A DNA stretch of 64,000 nucleotides, from the NCBI GenBank assembly GCA_965603825.1, contig CBFDEM010000052.1, forward strand, positions 558,001 through 622,000. The letters run 5' to 3'. This DNA comes from Blepharisma stoltei ATCC 30299. Its lineage: Eukaryota > Protista > Ciliophora. The notes beneath the pieces are model-generated. The model was not told where the DNA came from. It did no database searches and saw only the letters and a list, made by a program, of their open reading frames with translations. Numbering within the stretch: position 1 is the stretch's first letter; each line of letters starts with the position of its first letter. Shown here piece after piece: positions 1 through 13,177 of the stretch. The position numbers were made by a program, and so were the translations under genes.

Positions 1-463
1 CTTCGCAGATGTATCCAAGAGTGTCCAACGCAGCTTGTTTATAGCAAGAATTAGTGTGGCTTGCATTATTTACCATGATGCTGATGACTTCATTTCATTT
101 TCCTTTCGGAATATCTTGCTTTGCTATAGCTGAGACTGCTTGAGAGGTCGCTTTTCTGACATCTCGATCCTGACTTGCTAGGCTCGCTAAGCAGTTTTCT
201 TTGATTTGTCTAGTTATCTCTTCCTCAAATGAATGCCAAGGCAAAGCTTGTTCTTTCATTTTGATATTCAGCACAGTGTTTTTTATCAAAATCGCTGCAA
301 GTTGTCGAGCTTCACGAGGAAATTGATCTCCAGCTAATACATTTGAGACTTCTAGCAAAAAGTTCTGAGGGTCTGAGGCTTCACAAGCTTCGATTTTGCT
401 CAAAGCTTGGCTACGCAGATTGAGGTTTGCAGACTGGGCGTCTAATAAAAGCTTAGATATCAT
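1..463 (-). CDS. KPNB1: Importin beta-1 (karyopherin beta), N-terminal part; runs off the window edge
   Basis: IBN_N-like ARQLAAILIKN; the frame continues through TGA 95-97 as IPKGK-W-NEVISIMVNNASHTNSCYKQAALDTLGYICE, matching the importin-beta W.ELI....V.N......K..TL..IGYIC pattern. Confidence 0.9.
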
Positions 464-508
464 ACTAAAAAGATTACAAAGATACGCTTAATTTATCATT
501 AATATGAA

Positions 509-1648
509 TTATAAATCAGACTGTTCTTTTTTCTCTTTTTCTATTGAGCTTACTTTAGAAGTACTAGAAGACCGATTCGCTGTATTTCGAGTATTTCTTC
601 TTGCTTCAACTGACTGTTTGAGACCAAACCACGGTATCACCAAAATTTCATTATAAATTGCAGTCCCAAAGACTATACATAAAAAACCTACACACTGAAG
701 GATCACAAATTCTTCTCACTCAGATACCATGCTAAAAATCCAGACAAATAAAGTTTTGCAAGTGTCTATAGTAGACCTTGCTAAAGCATTTGTGTATTTT
801 GTGGTAGAAATCCCTGTAAAATAGACTATAGCAAAGCTAAAGAGTGATCCTAGTCAAAATAAAAGCAATTTTGTGTCCCAAAGCTCAGTAAAGGCGTAAT
901 AGCCATTTTCTAAGCTTCCGTGAGAGCAAAGATTCTCATAGTTGCAAGGGATGAAATACAAAATCGGGATAAAAATTAAGGAAAAACCCACTCCAAAAGC
1001 TCCTTCTAGTCCTATTGCTTGTAGTGGCTCTACGTCTAGTTGTTTTAAATAGATTTCTTCGCATAGTAGCACTCCTGCAGCGAAAAATTGTCCACAAATT
1101 AGTAGAATTATCCCAATTAGCGGATATTTAGCAGAAAGAGCAGTCCAGACCAAGCTAGAGATGCTGACTAAAATAATTCCAAGTAATAGGAAACAAATGC
1201 CCACTATTTGGTGTTTAAATAAGGTAACCTTTAAAATTAACACAGAATATGCCGTCACAAATATAGATATAATACCTCGAACCATCTGATAGACTGATGC
1301 TGCTGATAAAATAAGCCCAAGAAACATCAAACTTGCAGCAATTCAATAAAAAAATGCAGGAATCGCAAAGAGAAATAATCCGTACTTTTTATAAGCACCT
1401 GTCCTTGGAGAATCTGGATCATTTGTCTGTAATACTTTATATGAATTTTTTCGTGACTGTGTATTCTTGTGGAATTTTATAAGGTAATATATTGCCAAAC
1501 ATGTGAGTTCTCCTAAAAATAAAGTTGCACATTGAAAATACGGATGAATATAATCAGATTCATCCATACTTTTCAAAATAATTGTGCTGCCTGCTCCGAA
1601 GATGAGATAACTTCCCATAAAGCTGTAAATAAGTGCTCTCTCTTCCAT
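509..1648 (-). CDS. SLC35F6-like drug/metabolite (nucleotide-sugar type) transporter, 379 aa
   Basis: Three track ORFs join in one frame through TGA at 1343, 854 and 716; about 10 hydrophobic segments; motifs HPYFQCATLFLGE, ASVYQMVRG, GLEGAFG, W-EEF, GTAIYNE. Confidence 0.85.
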
Positions 1649-2706
1649 TTGTTTAAATTATTGGGATTATTATAAGCATGATAATATTCCTGAGGTAGCA
1701 TAATTTGGAAGGGCTGTTTTGTTTTGGGCTGAAAACAATTAAAATTAAATCAGGTTTCTGCTTGAGTAAATGGAAAGAGAAACCAGTAAAGATGTTTACC
1801 TATAAAAATAATTATTATTTGAATAGTAAAAGTATTTATAAATAAAAATTAAGGTCTTAATATAAGAAATTCATGGTTTTAGGTTTTTAGCAAAAATTCA
1901 TTTGTTTTGATCCAATAGAGAAGCATAAGGTCTAAGATATGAAAAATAGAATTAGCATGGATATGAGTGCAATTTTAAAATTTATTGATAGATTTAAGCT
2001 CTTATTTTTATATTATCTCTTAAAACTGAAATTTATAAAGATTATAAGGCTGATTAAAAGGGCTTGAAATAATGATTTCAAAATATTTAATAATTTAATA
2101 TTAAAATTAAAAGTATTTCTAAGCATTAAAGAAATAAAAGAAAATTACTCATAAGTTGAAATCTTAAATAATGAGCTTAGAACCTACTAAATAAAAGCGA
2201 ATTTTTATGATTATTCGGCAAGTTTTTACTTTTCGCCAAGTTAACAATAGTTAAGCTATCTATGAATTTAGTTTTTCAGCAATAAAAAATGTTTAATCTT
2301 GCTAATAATTGACTTTGAAATTGCCCTTTATCTTTAATTATTTAGCTTATTTTTATATTTATCAAGCAGAGCTCAAAATAGAGATAAGCAAGATTTGTTT
2401 GGCTGTTTCTTAAAAAATATGGATATAGAAAAACGAAGCTTCAGCATCAAATTTTTAAACGATTTTCAGCCTGGTCTATGAATTTCCTTCTCAAAGATCC
2501 TTTGCTCAAGTCTTCTTTAATAGTGAACCAAATAACTGCTTCATTTCTTCTCCATAATAAACCCCACCAATTATCATGATTATCTCTTAATCAGCTTTTT
2601 CATAATCAGAAATCCTCTTATTCCAATGGATTATTAATTAAACAATAATTTTCCTATGGTTTTAACACCAATTAAGTTCTAATATTATCATACATTATAT
2701 TAAGTA

Positions 2707-3306
2707 ATGAGTAATTTTACAACTCAGGGCTTCTCAAAACGATTGAGAAGCCAAATTCCATATTATCAGGCCTCAAATAAAGAAATAAGCGACGATCTTA
2801 AGCTTATCGGCATTGATTTAACTTGCCCAGTTGAAACTTTCCCCAATGATAACTTACCGAAGCCTCGCAAAAGACCTCGGCTGCCTATTATTGACGAGGA
2901 TCAAGAAGAAAATGATGCTATTGATGGTCTTTCTGCATTAATTTTAGTAAAAAATAAGACTAAAAAACCTATAGTACCCGAACAAACTGAAACGAAAAAG
3001 GAAGGAAAGCCAGCTCAGGTGCCCAAAGAAGAGGTAAAAGCGCCGCCACCACAGCAAAGATATGACCTCAGAGCACTCCAGTTAGCCCAAATGCAGCAGT
3101 ATTTGCAGATGATGAGCATGCAGTCAAATGCATTTATGTCTACAGGTGATTGACGAAATCTTAATTATCCAATACAATATCAGTATAGAATGAATCCAAA
3201 TTATGTATATAATGCTATGTTGAGTCGAAAATCTGGAATTCATATAAAAATTGCACATATGATATCACAGCATCAAAATCAGCTAAATAGAAATAATGCG
3301 ATTTAA
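2707..3306 (+). CDS. Hypothetical protein, 199 aa, Q/P-rich, basic PRKRPR (NLS-like)
   Basis: ORF extended through TGA 3151-3153 to TAA 3304-3306; coding-like composition between AT-rich flanks. Confidence 0.7.
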
Positions 3307-4174
3307 AAAGTGCCAAATTCTCTAAATAAACATCATAAAATAAAATTATGGAATTATGCAGTAAATAGAAAAGCAGATGAAATTAATGAAATTTAATAAG
3401 TTTTAGAGGGAGATAATAAAAATTTAAAGATAGAATATATAGAAAAGTTTATTAAATAAATTTAGAAAAGTTTTAACTATGAGAATTAAGAATCTTAGAA
3501 TAGATTTAATCTTTAGCACTTGGTCTATTGTTATTTCTATAATATTCAAATAAAAAGCTACTAGCTTTTTTTTGATAGGCATTAGGAAATTAATAATTCT
3601 GTATTCTGGAATATTCGAAGTATTGACCATTTAATATTTGAATAGCAAGCGTTTTCAATTAAATGGAGCTTAAAAGAATCAAGGGCAGCACTTAGTTATT
3701 ATGGAATGGCAGGATTTTAATAGGATAGTCTTAAAATTGGGCATCAGAGGAGCTCAAATCATGAAAAGATGACAGCTGTTTCTTTTGATAATTATAAAAA
3801 CTAAGCAATTATGGTTAATTGAGCAAAGTAAAATCACTACAAATAAATAATGTTGCTCCACTTTGTACTTATATCAAATATTTAAAATATCGGAATATAG
3901 ACAATACTATAATCACTGATTTTAAGAATTGCTCATAAATCCTTAATCTTTACCACTTTATATTTTATATTTTTCAATTATTTCTTACTCCAACCCCATT
4001 CTTAGTAACAAAGCCTATTAACAACTTAATTTTTTACCTCTTATGCCTCCATTTATATCAAACAATTTTTTAGAATTAAATGAAGGTGCTTTTCAGATTG
4101 ACTTATATGAGTTTAATAAAAAAAAGCTAGAGATAGGTCACAAATAATATTTAAATAAAAAACCAAGAACTATT

Positions 4175-6247
4175 ATGGATTCGCCAATAAATTTAGTTGA
4201 GTTTGAGGAATCTCATGGAATTGGATTTTTTTTAGACTACAGGACTTCTCAGCTTGGGAATTTCCAAGGACTGGGTGAGCCTGACTTATGCTACTTTGTG
4301 TGCGAAGCTACTAGATCTGGAGTTTTTAAGTACTTAAAAAAATCTAGCTTGAAAGCTTATTATCATTTTGTTTATGGTGTTAATACATCATCAATAACCT
4401 TTATCCAAAATTATATAAAATCCTTTACGAAATCATTGAAAAATTCAAAAGTAAAAATTAATGCAACTTATTTTTGCATTTACGATTTTTTTTCTAAGTT
4501 TGACTTGAGAATAGAAATTAACAATGAGGCGAGCGTGGATTATTATTTAGTTAATTCTCAATCCCAAAGGATTCAAGCTGGAAATATTCATTGACAAGGC
4601 GCATATATTAGCTCAATGCTAAGATTTTTATATGCTGATCCAATTCCTGGCTCAAGACTTTTAGATGGCCCTACAAGTATCGCTGAAATAGAAAATTTCA
4701 TAGAAACGTCCAGCCAATTTTGGGATCGAATAGGATTTGTGCTTGGTGACATAAATGATATCTACAGATATGGAGAAAATTTGCTTTTTGCCAAACTCAG
4801 TGACTATTGGCTGAAATATAAGAGATATAATCAGCATAGTCTTATTTTCAAGAATCTTATTACAATAGACCCTATGATGGTCTTTTATTTATGCAAATCT
4901 TATATCAAGCTGAAAAAATTTGAAGAAATTATTGAAATAACATCATGCCAAATTAATACAACACCTTTTGCATTTCCTTTATATTTTTTAAAAGCTTATG
5001 CTTTATATAGGCTAAAAGAGTATAAAGAAGCCAGAATAATACTACAATACCTTATTGAGCTGAATTTGGAAGTTTTTTGCTTCTGAGAACTAATGGCAAA
5101 ATGCTATTTAAAAGAAAAAAAATATGAAGCAGTTTTTCTCTGCTTGAATTGCTTTCCTATATATGAATCCCTGAAGAAAAATAATTACGAAAACCCTCCT
5201 GAAGAACAAATGTATATCCCGAAAAAAATTCCTGTAAGCTGCTCTTGAAATATTTGGAAAAAGCCATCAAAATTTGATTTTAAATCTTACCAGAAAAATG
5301 CTTTTTGGACAAGAAATGAAGAAATTTCATTGGATTGATTGAAATCTTTAAAGTCTTCTAGATTGAATAATTGTGAAAGAAAAATGTACAAAATTTTAGT
5401 GCAATTAGAAAAACACGTTGAATGAGAAAATCTATTAAAACTAAAGAAAAGACTTTTTACACAAAATAACAGCACAACTCATGAAAGAGATTCATTCACA
5501 ACAGTTGATCAAAATAGTCAAGAGTTAATAAGAAGAAATATATCGTTAACAACGATAAATTTCGAAACTGCTCCAAAGGAAAGTGAAATGCCAACTGAAG
5601 GGCTATATGGTCAAAATTTTCATGGATCCGCAATAACCCCTCGTGATTATTTTATTCTTCCTCCAACTGATAACCGATTAACCCGTTTAATGCATCCTTC
5701 AATGAGAGTTATGAATAAAAAATTATCTGAATTATTTAATTATATGCATTATGACCTTAAAGCATTATATGAATGACAAAAACAAGCTGCAGAGTCTGAT
5801 TCTCTGCAAAATCTTAATAAGCGTAATTTATAAGCAGCGACAACTCTCACAGATAAAGGAGAAATCTGGCTAAGAAGAGGTGCCTTAGCCGAAAGACTAC
5901 GAAGGTCAAGACTAGCTGAAAAAGCTTATAGACATTCAGTTAATGCTGGATTTTCTCTTTATGGGCTTTACAGACTCATGAAATTATATGTAAAAGCTGG
6001 GAATCCTAAATCTGCAGTTTTGTGTATAATAGATACACTTGCACAAATAGAACAGGAGAAATTTATTTTTGATACAGAAGTTTTACCACCCTGAATTGGA
6101 ATGGTTTTAGCGAAAATCTGCAGCACTTGTGGGTATAAACAATTATATTCTCTTGCTATAGAAGCAGATGGGAAAAAATTCCCGATTTTAATTAGAACGA
6201 TTGAAGGGTTAAAGAAGTGGAATACTGATGGATCCCATAGGATATAA
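4175..6247 (+). CDS. ChAPs family (Chs5-Arf1-binding, exomer cargo adaptor Bch1/Bud7-like) TPR protein, 690 aa
   Basis: One frame with 7 in-frame TGA. N-terminal LGEPDLC..., YHFVYGVNTSS, YFCIYDFFSKFDLRI resemble ChAPs LGPPDL / YHYVTGVDASS / CYNAFSRLD.RV; YKILV.LEKHVE-W-ENLLKLK matches the ChAPs GWD.LL..R segment. Confidence 0.8.
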
Positions 6248-6497
6248 ACTATAATAAGCTATCTTAATAATGCCGCTCTATTTCTACTATAGGTTCTATA
6301 TGGATTTTAAACTATTTTTGAATTCGTAGAATATAATTTATTATTAAATTCCCTTGTTAGTTATTTTTTAGTTAAAATAATTATTTTTTTATATGCCAAA
6401 ATAAATAACCTTGAAATTTATAGTTTTTAGATAGGATCTTCAATTTTTACCTTACAGCAACCTAAATCTTACTATTGTAATTTTTTAAATAATAAAA

Positions 6498-8411
6498 ATG
6501 AGCTTCCCAAAATCCAAAACTGTTTATGATGATAAAAAATACATCGATACAGAATTTGCAAACTATCTCAGGGGTGTTACAAGTGTCCACTTTGAAACAG
6601 AGTATGATTTAAAACTTGAACGTGAAGCTCGTGCAAATATAGAAAGGTTAACCCAAGAAGAGCAGGGCTCTGAAGGACTTGCACAAGTAGAAGTATCCCA
6701 ATCATCAACTTCTTATAATAATCCTCCGAAAAGCATCCCATCACCAGTTTCAAGCATTCCTCATGCTGATGAGAGTGGAATTGGGACTTTGGCATCTCGA
6801 GGATCTCGCCGTAAACGAACATTCGGGGGCGATAATTCGAGGCCTGGCACAGCTCCAGGCCCTGTCAAGCCTCTCATAAAGCAAACCTCTATAGAGCCAA
6901 AACCTCAAATCGCGTCCTCAGTTGGTTTCGAGCAGCGTCCATTCACATCAAATATCCATGAAGAAGCCAAAATCCCAAAATTTTCTGAAGAAGATTCCTC
7001 TGAAAAAATGCAAATTAAGCTATTAGAAGCCCAGTTAACTAATTTATTAGCACAAAAAGAAAGACTTATATTAGATCAAAGGATAAGATTTGAAAATCAA
7101 TTTAAACAAGAATGCAAATTATTAGAGACTGAGCATCAAAATAATTTGCAGCAGCTTAAAGACTGATTTGACGCTAAACAAAAAACGCTTGAAACTTCAA
7201 GAAGGCAGCAAGAAAAGCTTCTTTCTTTATCACAAATAATATCTAAAAATACCCAAACAATTACAGATTTAGCACAACAATTCACAAGGGATAAAAATTA
7301 TAGTGAAAATATAAAAGAACAAGAATTCGTTGTAAAAGAAAAAAGTCTCGATCAAAGACAAAATAAAATAAATTTAATAGCTGACCAAATAGAGCAAGAA
7401 AAACAAAAATTTTTAAATAGGAAAAAAAATGCTGAAGAAGCAGAAGAGCAAAGGAGAAATATGATATGGCAAGAGAAAGAGCACCTGAAAAGCGAGCTAG
7501 AAAAGCTGGAAAGGTTCCAAGAAGAAATGAAAGAATTCGAAAGAGAACAAAAGAAAAATTTATCACTAGAGCAGCATAAAGTAAATTTAGCAAGGGAAGA
7601 ACATGAGAGGGAAGAAAAAATGATGTGAGAAGAAGTCGAACTTCAAGAAAAATCTTTATATGAAAAAGAGCTTGAAGTTGAAAATGAAAAAAACCAAGCC
7701 ATTTCTGAAATTCAGCAAGAAAAAAGCTCAATCCAAGTTCAGCTGTCTTCGATTGATAATTTTGTGAAAAATATTTCCAATTTAAATTTAGACTTGAATT
7801 ACAGGTCCAAAATTTGTGAAGAAAAAGAAAAAGATTTGGATTTTGAAGTTAATTATAATAGGAAACAAAAAGAGGAGCTGGAGAGAAATAAGGAAGAATT
7901 TAATGTAGAAGCACAAAAAGTGCATGAGCTTTCTATTGAAATAGGAAGGCAGACTGAAAATATTGTATTTATGAGAGAGGAATTAAGCAACGTAAAGCTC
8001 GAATTAAACCGAAAAAAGCAGGAAGCCTTAAATTTCCTCTCGACCTCCAAAATGGAAAAACTTAAAACCGAACAAAAAACAAAAGAGCTGTTAACCAGAA
8101 TGAGAAGCTTTGAAAATATCAGGTTTTCTAGCACCAGAACAATAGAAATCCCAAAGCTCGAACCGATTGATACTGGGGTTTTATCAAGACCTGTATCTCC
8201 AAGAAAATCACGAGGCTCCCTAACAGAAAGATCAACCTTCAGAGCTAGTGAATATTTAAAAGATATAGAAAAATACGTTAAAGACCAACATGAATTCCAC
8301 AGCTATTTGCATGAAGAAAACAATGATCTTCTAGCAGGCAAAATATTGTACGAAGGGAGCTTTACTGAAAGCTTATCTGCATCAATACAATTACCTAAAT
8401 TAAAATTTTAA
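6498..8411 (+). CDS. Long coiled-coil protein, 637 aa (possibly basal-body/FBF1-like)
   Basis: Single frame through TGA 7164 and 7626; low-complexity N-terminus followed by an E/K/Q heptad-rich region. Confidence 0.75.
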
Positions 8412-8482
8412 AAATGAAATAAATTCAACTGTTAATGGGTTGTTGACAGTTTATGAGGAAATTTAGAGGTGATAAATTAAAT

Positions 8483-8836
8483 CTATTTTATAAGTTGAAA
8501 ATCGTAATCTTCGAATAGGCAAACTCTACCGAATTTTACGCCTTCACCGTATTGAGTTGCTCGATCAACTTTATTAGAAGTAGTTGACAGCTCATCAACC
8601 GTCGTGACGATTTCATTTTCGATTTTTTTACACAGCATGACCCGCTGCTTGAATTTTTGCTTTATTAAATATTTCTGAGCGTGGCTCCTTATTTGGTTTT
8701 GGGATCTTGACCTCACAACCCCAGCCACTTTTTTCCAATTGTGCCCAAAAACTGCCAAGCCTTCTCCAAACAGCTTGTGCTCTTCTTTGGACCATTTCCC
8801 TGTACGGAATCCGTCTTCGTCAGTTTGAATTTTCAT
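8483..8836 (-). CDS. Single-repeat Myb (SHAQKY class) transcription factor
   Basis: GKWSKEEH..F..GL...G.NWKKVA..V.SRS..QIRSHAQKY. Confidence 0.92.
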   Translation of the reverse strand: MKIQTDEDGFRTGKWSKEEHKLFGEGLAVFGHNWKKVAGVVRSRSQNQIRSHAQKYLIKQKFKQRVMLCKKIENEIVTTVDELSTTSNKVDRATQYGEGVKFGRVCLFEDYDFQLIK

Positions 8837-9285
8837 GTTTTCAGGACTTCTTCTTAAGAAAAATTTTATTACGGATACTTAAGATACGAAAGTTATGCAT
8901 TTTACGAATGATTAATATTGATTTTTACAATTAAAATGCTATAGAGTTTATATCTTTGAGAAAATTAATAAAATAAGCTGCTCCTTACTAAAAATCATTT
9001 GTTCTTATTATTTATAAATATGTCAACAATCGCTATGAGTAAATAGCCAAAAAAATCTATATAAAGCTCAAACGAATTATAAAAATTTCTTTAAATCCAA
9101 AGCATCAATAAGAGCATTATTTCCTCTTATTTTTTTATCAAAATCCCTTAGAAAATTGATAAAAGTGTAAAATTTCACTTCAAGCTAAATAAGTTTTATT
9201 TAATTTGCCTTCTCATTACCCTTCAAAAAAATGCTATTTCTTTTAAATTTCATTATTTTTGTAAATTTCAAATAAAAGCGGGAAT

Positions 9286-11559
9286 ATGGATCTAATTAAA
9301 AAAGAAGAACGGGTATCAGTTCTAATTCGACTCTTTGGAGATGAAACAATTAATCAATACCAACGTTGCGTCAGCACTATCAACCGTGACATAATCCAGC
9401 TCTCAGAAACTCCAGACTTTCAAGATTTCAATGATATTGAAGGCTTCATTCGCAAAGATAAGTTAGCCCACAGTCCTCAAAAAGGTGACCAGCTTCAATT
9501 TTCTGAACAATTATCACAAGAGCCTTCATCCCCTCAAAGAAAGCCTAAAGATCTCCCTGAAATGCTGCAAAAGGAAAAATCCCAATTAATTAGCGTTGAC
9601 TATGTTTATTTAGAAAACGAGCCTGCTGAGCTTATAGTGCAAAATTTAGCTTTAGATTTAAAAAAGCATAACTGCATTATCAGTGTAGGCAGAAGCGAAG
9701 CATTAACTGTAAAAGGCGGGATGATAATTGGACTTCTTAAGAGGGCTTTCGATGAAGGATTTCAAGTACAGATATCATGCGCTGTAATTGGGAATAAGGT
9801 CCAGCCACTTATAGAAGGGAATAAAGATATAAAGCGCTTTGAAGAAGGTGTAGGGATTTTTTATAGTCTTGATTATTTTAATCCAAGGAAATCTAAAGAG
9901 CCTTTAGTTGTGACTACAATTATTTTAGAAAAACAAGGAGAAAAATCATTTTTGCAATTCGCTGACATTTCTCAATTCAATAAATCAGTTGAAAACCTTG
10001 GACTCGTTTTAACGAACAGCGAGGAATTTACAGAAATCCCAGCCAAAGACAAACTTGTACAAGTCCTCTCCAAATCAATCTGCTCAGCTGGCAAAGTTGT
10101 GGTAATCGGCAATATCAACCCTACCATTCCTTATTATTCCCAAACAAAAAACACTTTATCATTCCTCGACAATATTTACAAAAATCGCCACAAAAGTAAA
10201 ACTCTTTATACGCAGCTGTTATTAAGACAAATAGAAAGGCTGCAAAGAAACAATACAGTAGTAGCTAGAAACCATGAAGAATTAGGCACACAGATAAATA
10301 TAATAAAAGAAGAAAAAAGCAAAGCAGATGAAGATATAAAAATGTACCAAACAATGCTGCTAGATTTGCAGCAAAAACAAATGATGCCGAGGGACGAACA
10401 AGAAATCGTCAACTTAACACAGCAGCTAAACTCACTCAGAGAGGTAGATTTGATTAAGAAAACAGAAATTTATGAGCTAAAACAAAAATGCCAGGATTTA
10501 GAAAAAATGCTTCAAGAAGAAAAAGAAAAAACCCGGGGATTTGAAAAAGAGCTGGAAATTGAAAAATATTATAGAGAAGAAAAAGACCGAAAATATGAAG
10601 ATTTAAGCAAAAATGTTAATTTGATAAATGGCAAGTTGCATGAAGCTGAAGCTATGGTAAAGGTCCAAAAAAGCTTTATTGAGTCATTGCCAAGCCACAT
10701 TACAGTCCCGAAAAATATTAATAGAGAAATGAATGATATAGCAATTTCCCCTTTTAAAGATACAGACAATAAAGAAAACCAGATGAATTTGCAGGAGCAG
10801 CTCGCACAGGTGCAGAGTGAATTGGATTCTGTCAAAGTTGAGCTGAGGATTTCTAATGAAAAAATTCAGCAGTTAGAAAAAGCTGAGAATCCTATAGAAA
10901 ACAGCAAAGATATGGAGTACTATAATTTAGTAAAAGGAGCATGAAGCTTTACAGAGGCTGTACAAAAAGAATTAATGACAATAATAGAGAATTTGAGGAC
11001 ATTGATGGACGTCAGAGTAAAAAATGCTGCTGCAAAAGAATATGCTTTAAGGCTGAGGCTGCAAAAAATCCACACAAATCATACAGAATTTCTTAAAGAG
11101 TATCAGCAGAAAATCAAAGATAAAGAGGAATTAGCGAGCGAGCACTCTAAATTGGAAAAAGAACATATAGAGCTGCAAGGGAAATATGACGCGCTGAAAG
11201 CTGAAATTAAAGATGAAGTGCAAAAATTCAAAGTGGATGCTAAAGATAAATTGAAAAACTATAAGGGCGAGCTGCAAAACTACAAAAAAGAAAATGAGGA
11301 ACTAAAAGTAAAGCTCCAAGAAAGTGAAGCTGCAATTAAGCAATTAAAGGAAAGAAATGCACATATTGTTGACGAAATGAAAGATTTAACGCACAGATAC
11401 GATAAATCAAAGAGCGATTTTATCAAAAATCTTAACATAGAAAAAGAAGAAATGAAGGAGCAATTTAATAAAGAAAAGAAAAGATTTGAGGAAGAAATTG
11501 CTGCACTTAAAATGCTGAGGGAGCCATTAGCGAATCCAAGGAGAAAAGCAAATGCTTAA
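9286..11559 (+). CDS. Degenerate kinesin-motor-like domain plus long coiled coil, 757 aa
   Basis: Joined via TGA 10942. Kinesin-like ERVSVLIR, SFLQFADI, NKSVENLGLVL, IPAKDKLVQVLSKSICSAGKVVVIGNINP...YSQTKNTLSF; P-loop and switch motifs absent. Confidence 0.75.
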
Positions 11560-12144
11560 TGTTAATGAAAATTATTGAGTAAGGCAAGTTTATTTAATTA
11601 ATCATTAATAGCTTTGCTGCTTCATCTTTAAGTCAAACATCTTCGAAGTTTTTTCCATAAATACTTTACCTTGCTTTTAGAATTTTTTCAATTTTCCTAG
11701 CGAAGCTAGAGAAATAATTTCAATTAAGAATCAAAAGTGAATCAAAAGTTGCAATCTCATTCACTAATATTATTGATTCATATGAAAAAGTCAATGCACG
11801 CTATTTGCAAACCTTTATATAATTATTTCATTTCATTTTTTAGTTTCCTTAGCCATTAAAATTATGAATTTTCTATGATCTTTTGGCTCAGTAATTCTGA
11901 TAATTGGATCTTAACTACTATACCAGTATGCCAACTATTATTGTTTGGAAAATTCTTTCAAACTTTTTATCTCCATAGTGAATTAATTGACAAAACTAGT
12001 GCTGGATTAATTTTCATGAATTCAGTTTTGTACAATTAGAGCTTTCCAATTTTAAATGGGTTGATGGCGCATTGATTGCCTATATAGGCTATAGCTACCC
12101 TTATAGAAGTGATCAAAAGACTATGTTGACATTGACATTGCAGA

Positions 12145-12226
12145 ATGCCACAAGAGTTATCTGAAATAGAGGTGCAGCATGGATTATCTGAAATAGAGAT
12201 GCCAATGTGAATTATCTAAAATAGCG
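12145..12226. repeat. Three degenerate 27-28 nt tandem units with core TTATCTGAAATAGAG
   Basis: atgccacaagagttatctgaaatagag / gtgcagcatggattatctgaaatagag / atgccaatgtgaattatctaaaatagcg. Confidence 0.7.
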
Positions 12227-13177
12227 ATTTCAGCTCCTAAAGTTGATATCTCTATTAAATATAATTATTATCTCTTGCAAGTTTAATTAATTAATGGTTT
12301 CATTTCATCTAAATACGAAAAGATAAAGAGTGAGATGAAACTAAAGAAAGGTCGAATAATTGAAATTAAAAATCAACAAAATAGTTATGAGGGATAATAA
12401 TTTATAGCACTTCAAGTGTGATAGATAGCACGCAATTTAATTAATTATCTCTTGTTTTAAATAGTAAAAAATGAATAGCATGCCTCAATTTTTTTAAGAC
12501 TCTTTCAGCTTTCGACTAATTTAAAACGTAAAATTAAATTTATCTTTTGCCATTTAAAAGTGCTAAATTGAGAATTAAATTCATTAAATCAGTTTATAAG
12601 CTAGCCAAATACATATTAGTTTGTCTAATAAATATTATGCAAAGATAATCATAAAATTGTAATCTCGCTGCATTAGATTCAATAAGCATTTTTAATATTA
12701 ATTTAAGGAATTTATTGGTGTTGATGCATAGATTAAAAAGTATTTAATATTTTTAAAACTATTGCTAAGAGCTAAAAGCATATTGCGGATAGGAAAACGC
12801 TAGCAAATATTTTAGAGAAAGTTTTAACACGACTAAAATCTCTTAGAAGTAAAATAGCACTAGGAAAATATCCATTTTTAAAGAAATTTTATTTAAATAA
12901 TAAAAATGAACAATAGAATAGGTAATAAGAAGCCACAATCTATCTCGTAAAAATTAGCTTAAAACTTAAATTTAAAAAATTATCCTTAATAACCAACACA
13001 ATATTCAAAGATGTTTCACCTGATATTGAATAATAAAGCCTATTTTGATATCATAAATACTATCCTTAAGCAACCATTTCAAATAATCTACAAAGGAAAC
13101 CCTATAAATAAATATCTAAAGATTAATTCCTTTAACTATAAAACTTAACAAATAGTTATCTCTATTAGTAGGGATGC

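Noticed and set aside
3424-3630. 68-aa minus-strand ORF
   Set aside because: Extremely AT-rich I/F/K/N composition typical of intergenic chance ORFs.
7282-8134. Minus-strand F/L/S-rich ORFs here and similar shadow ORFs elsewhere (e.g. 10206, 16076, 20099, 32434, 52859, 57451)
   Set aside because: Antisense shadows of E/K-rich or well-supported genes on the opposite strand.
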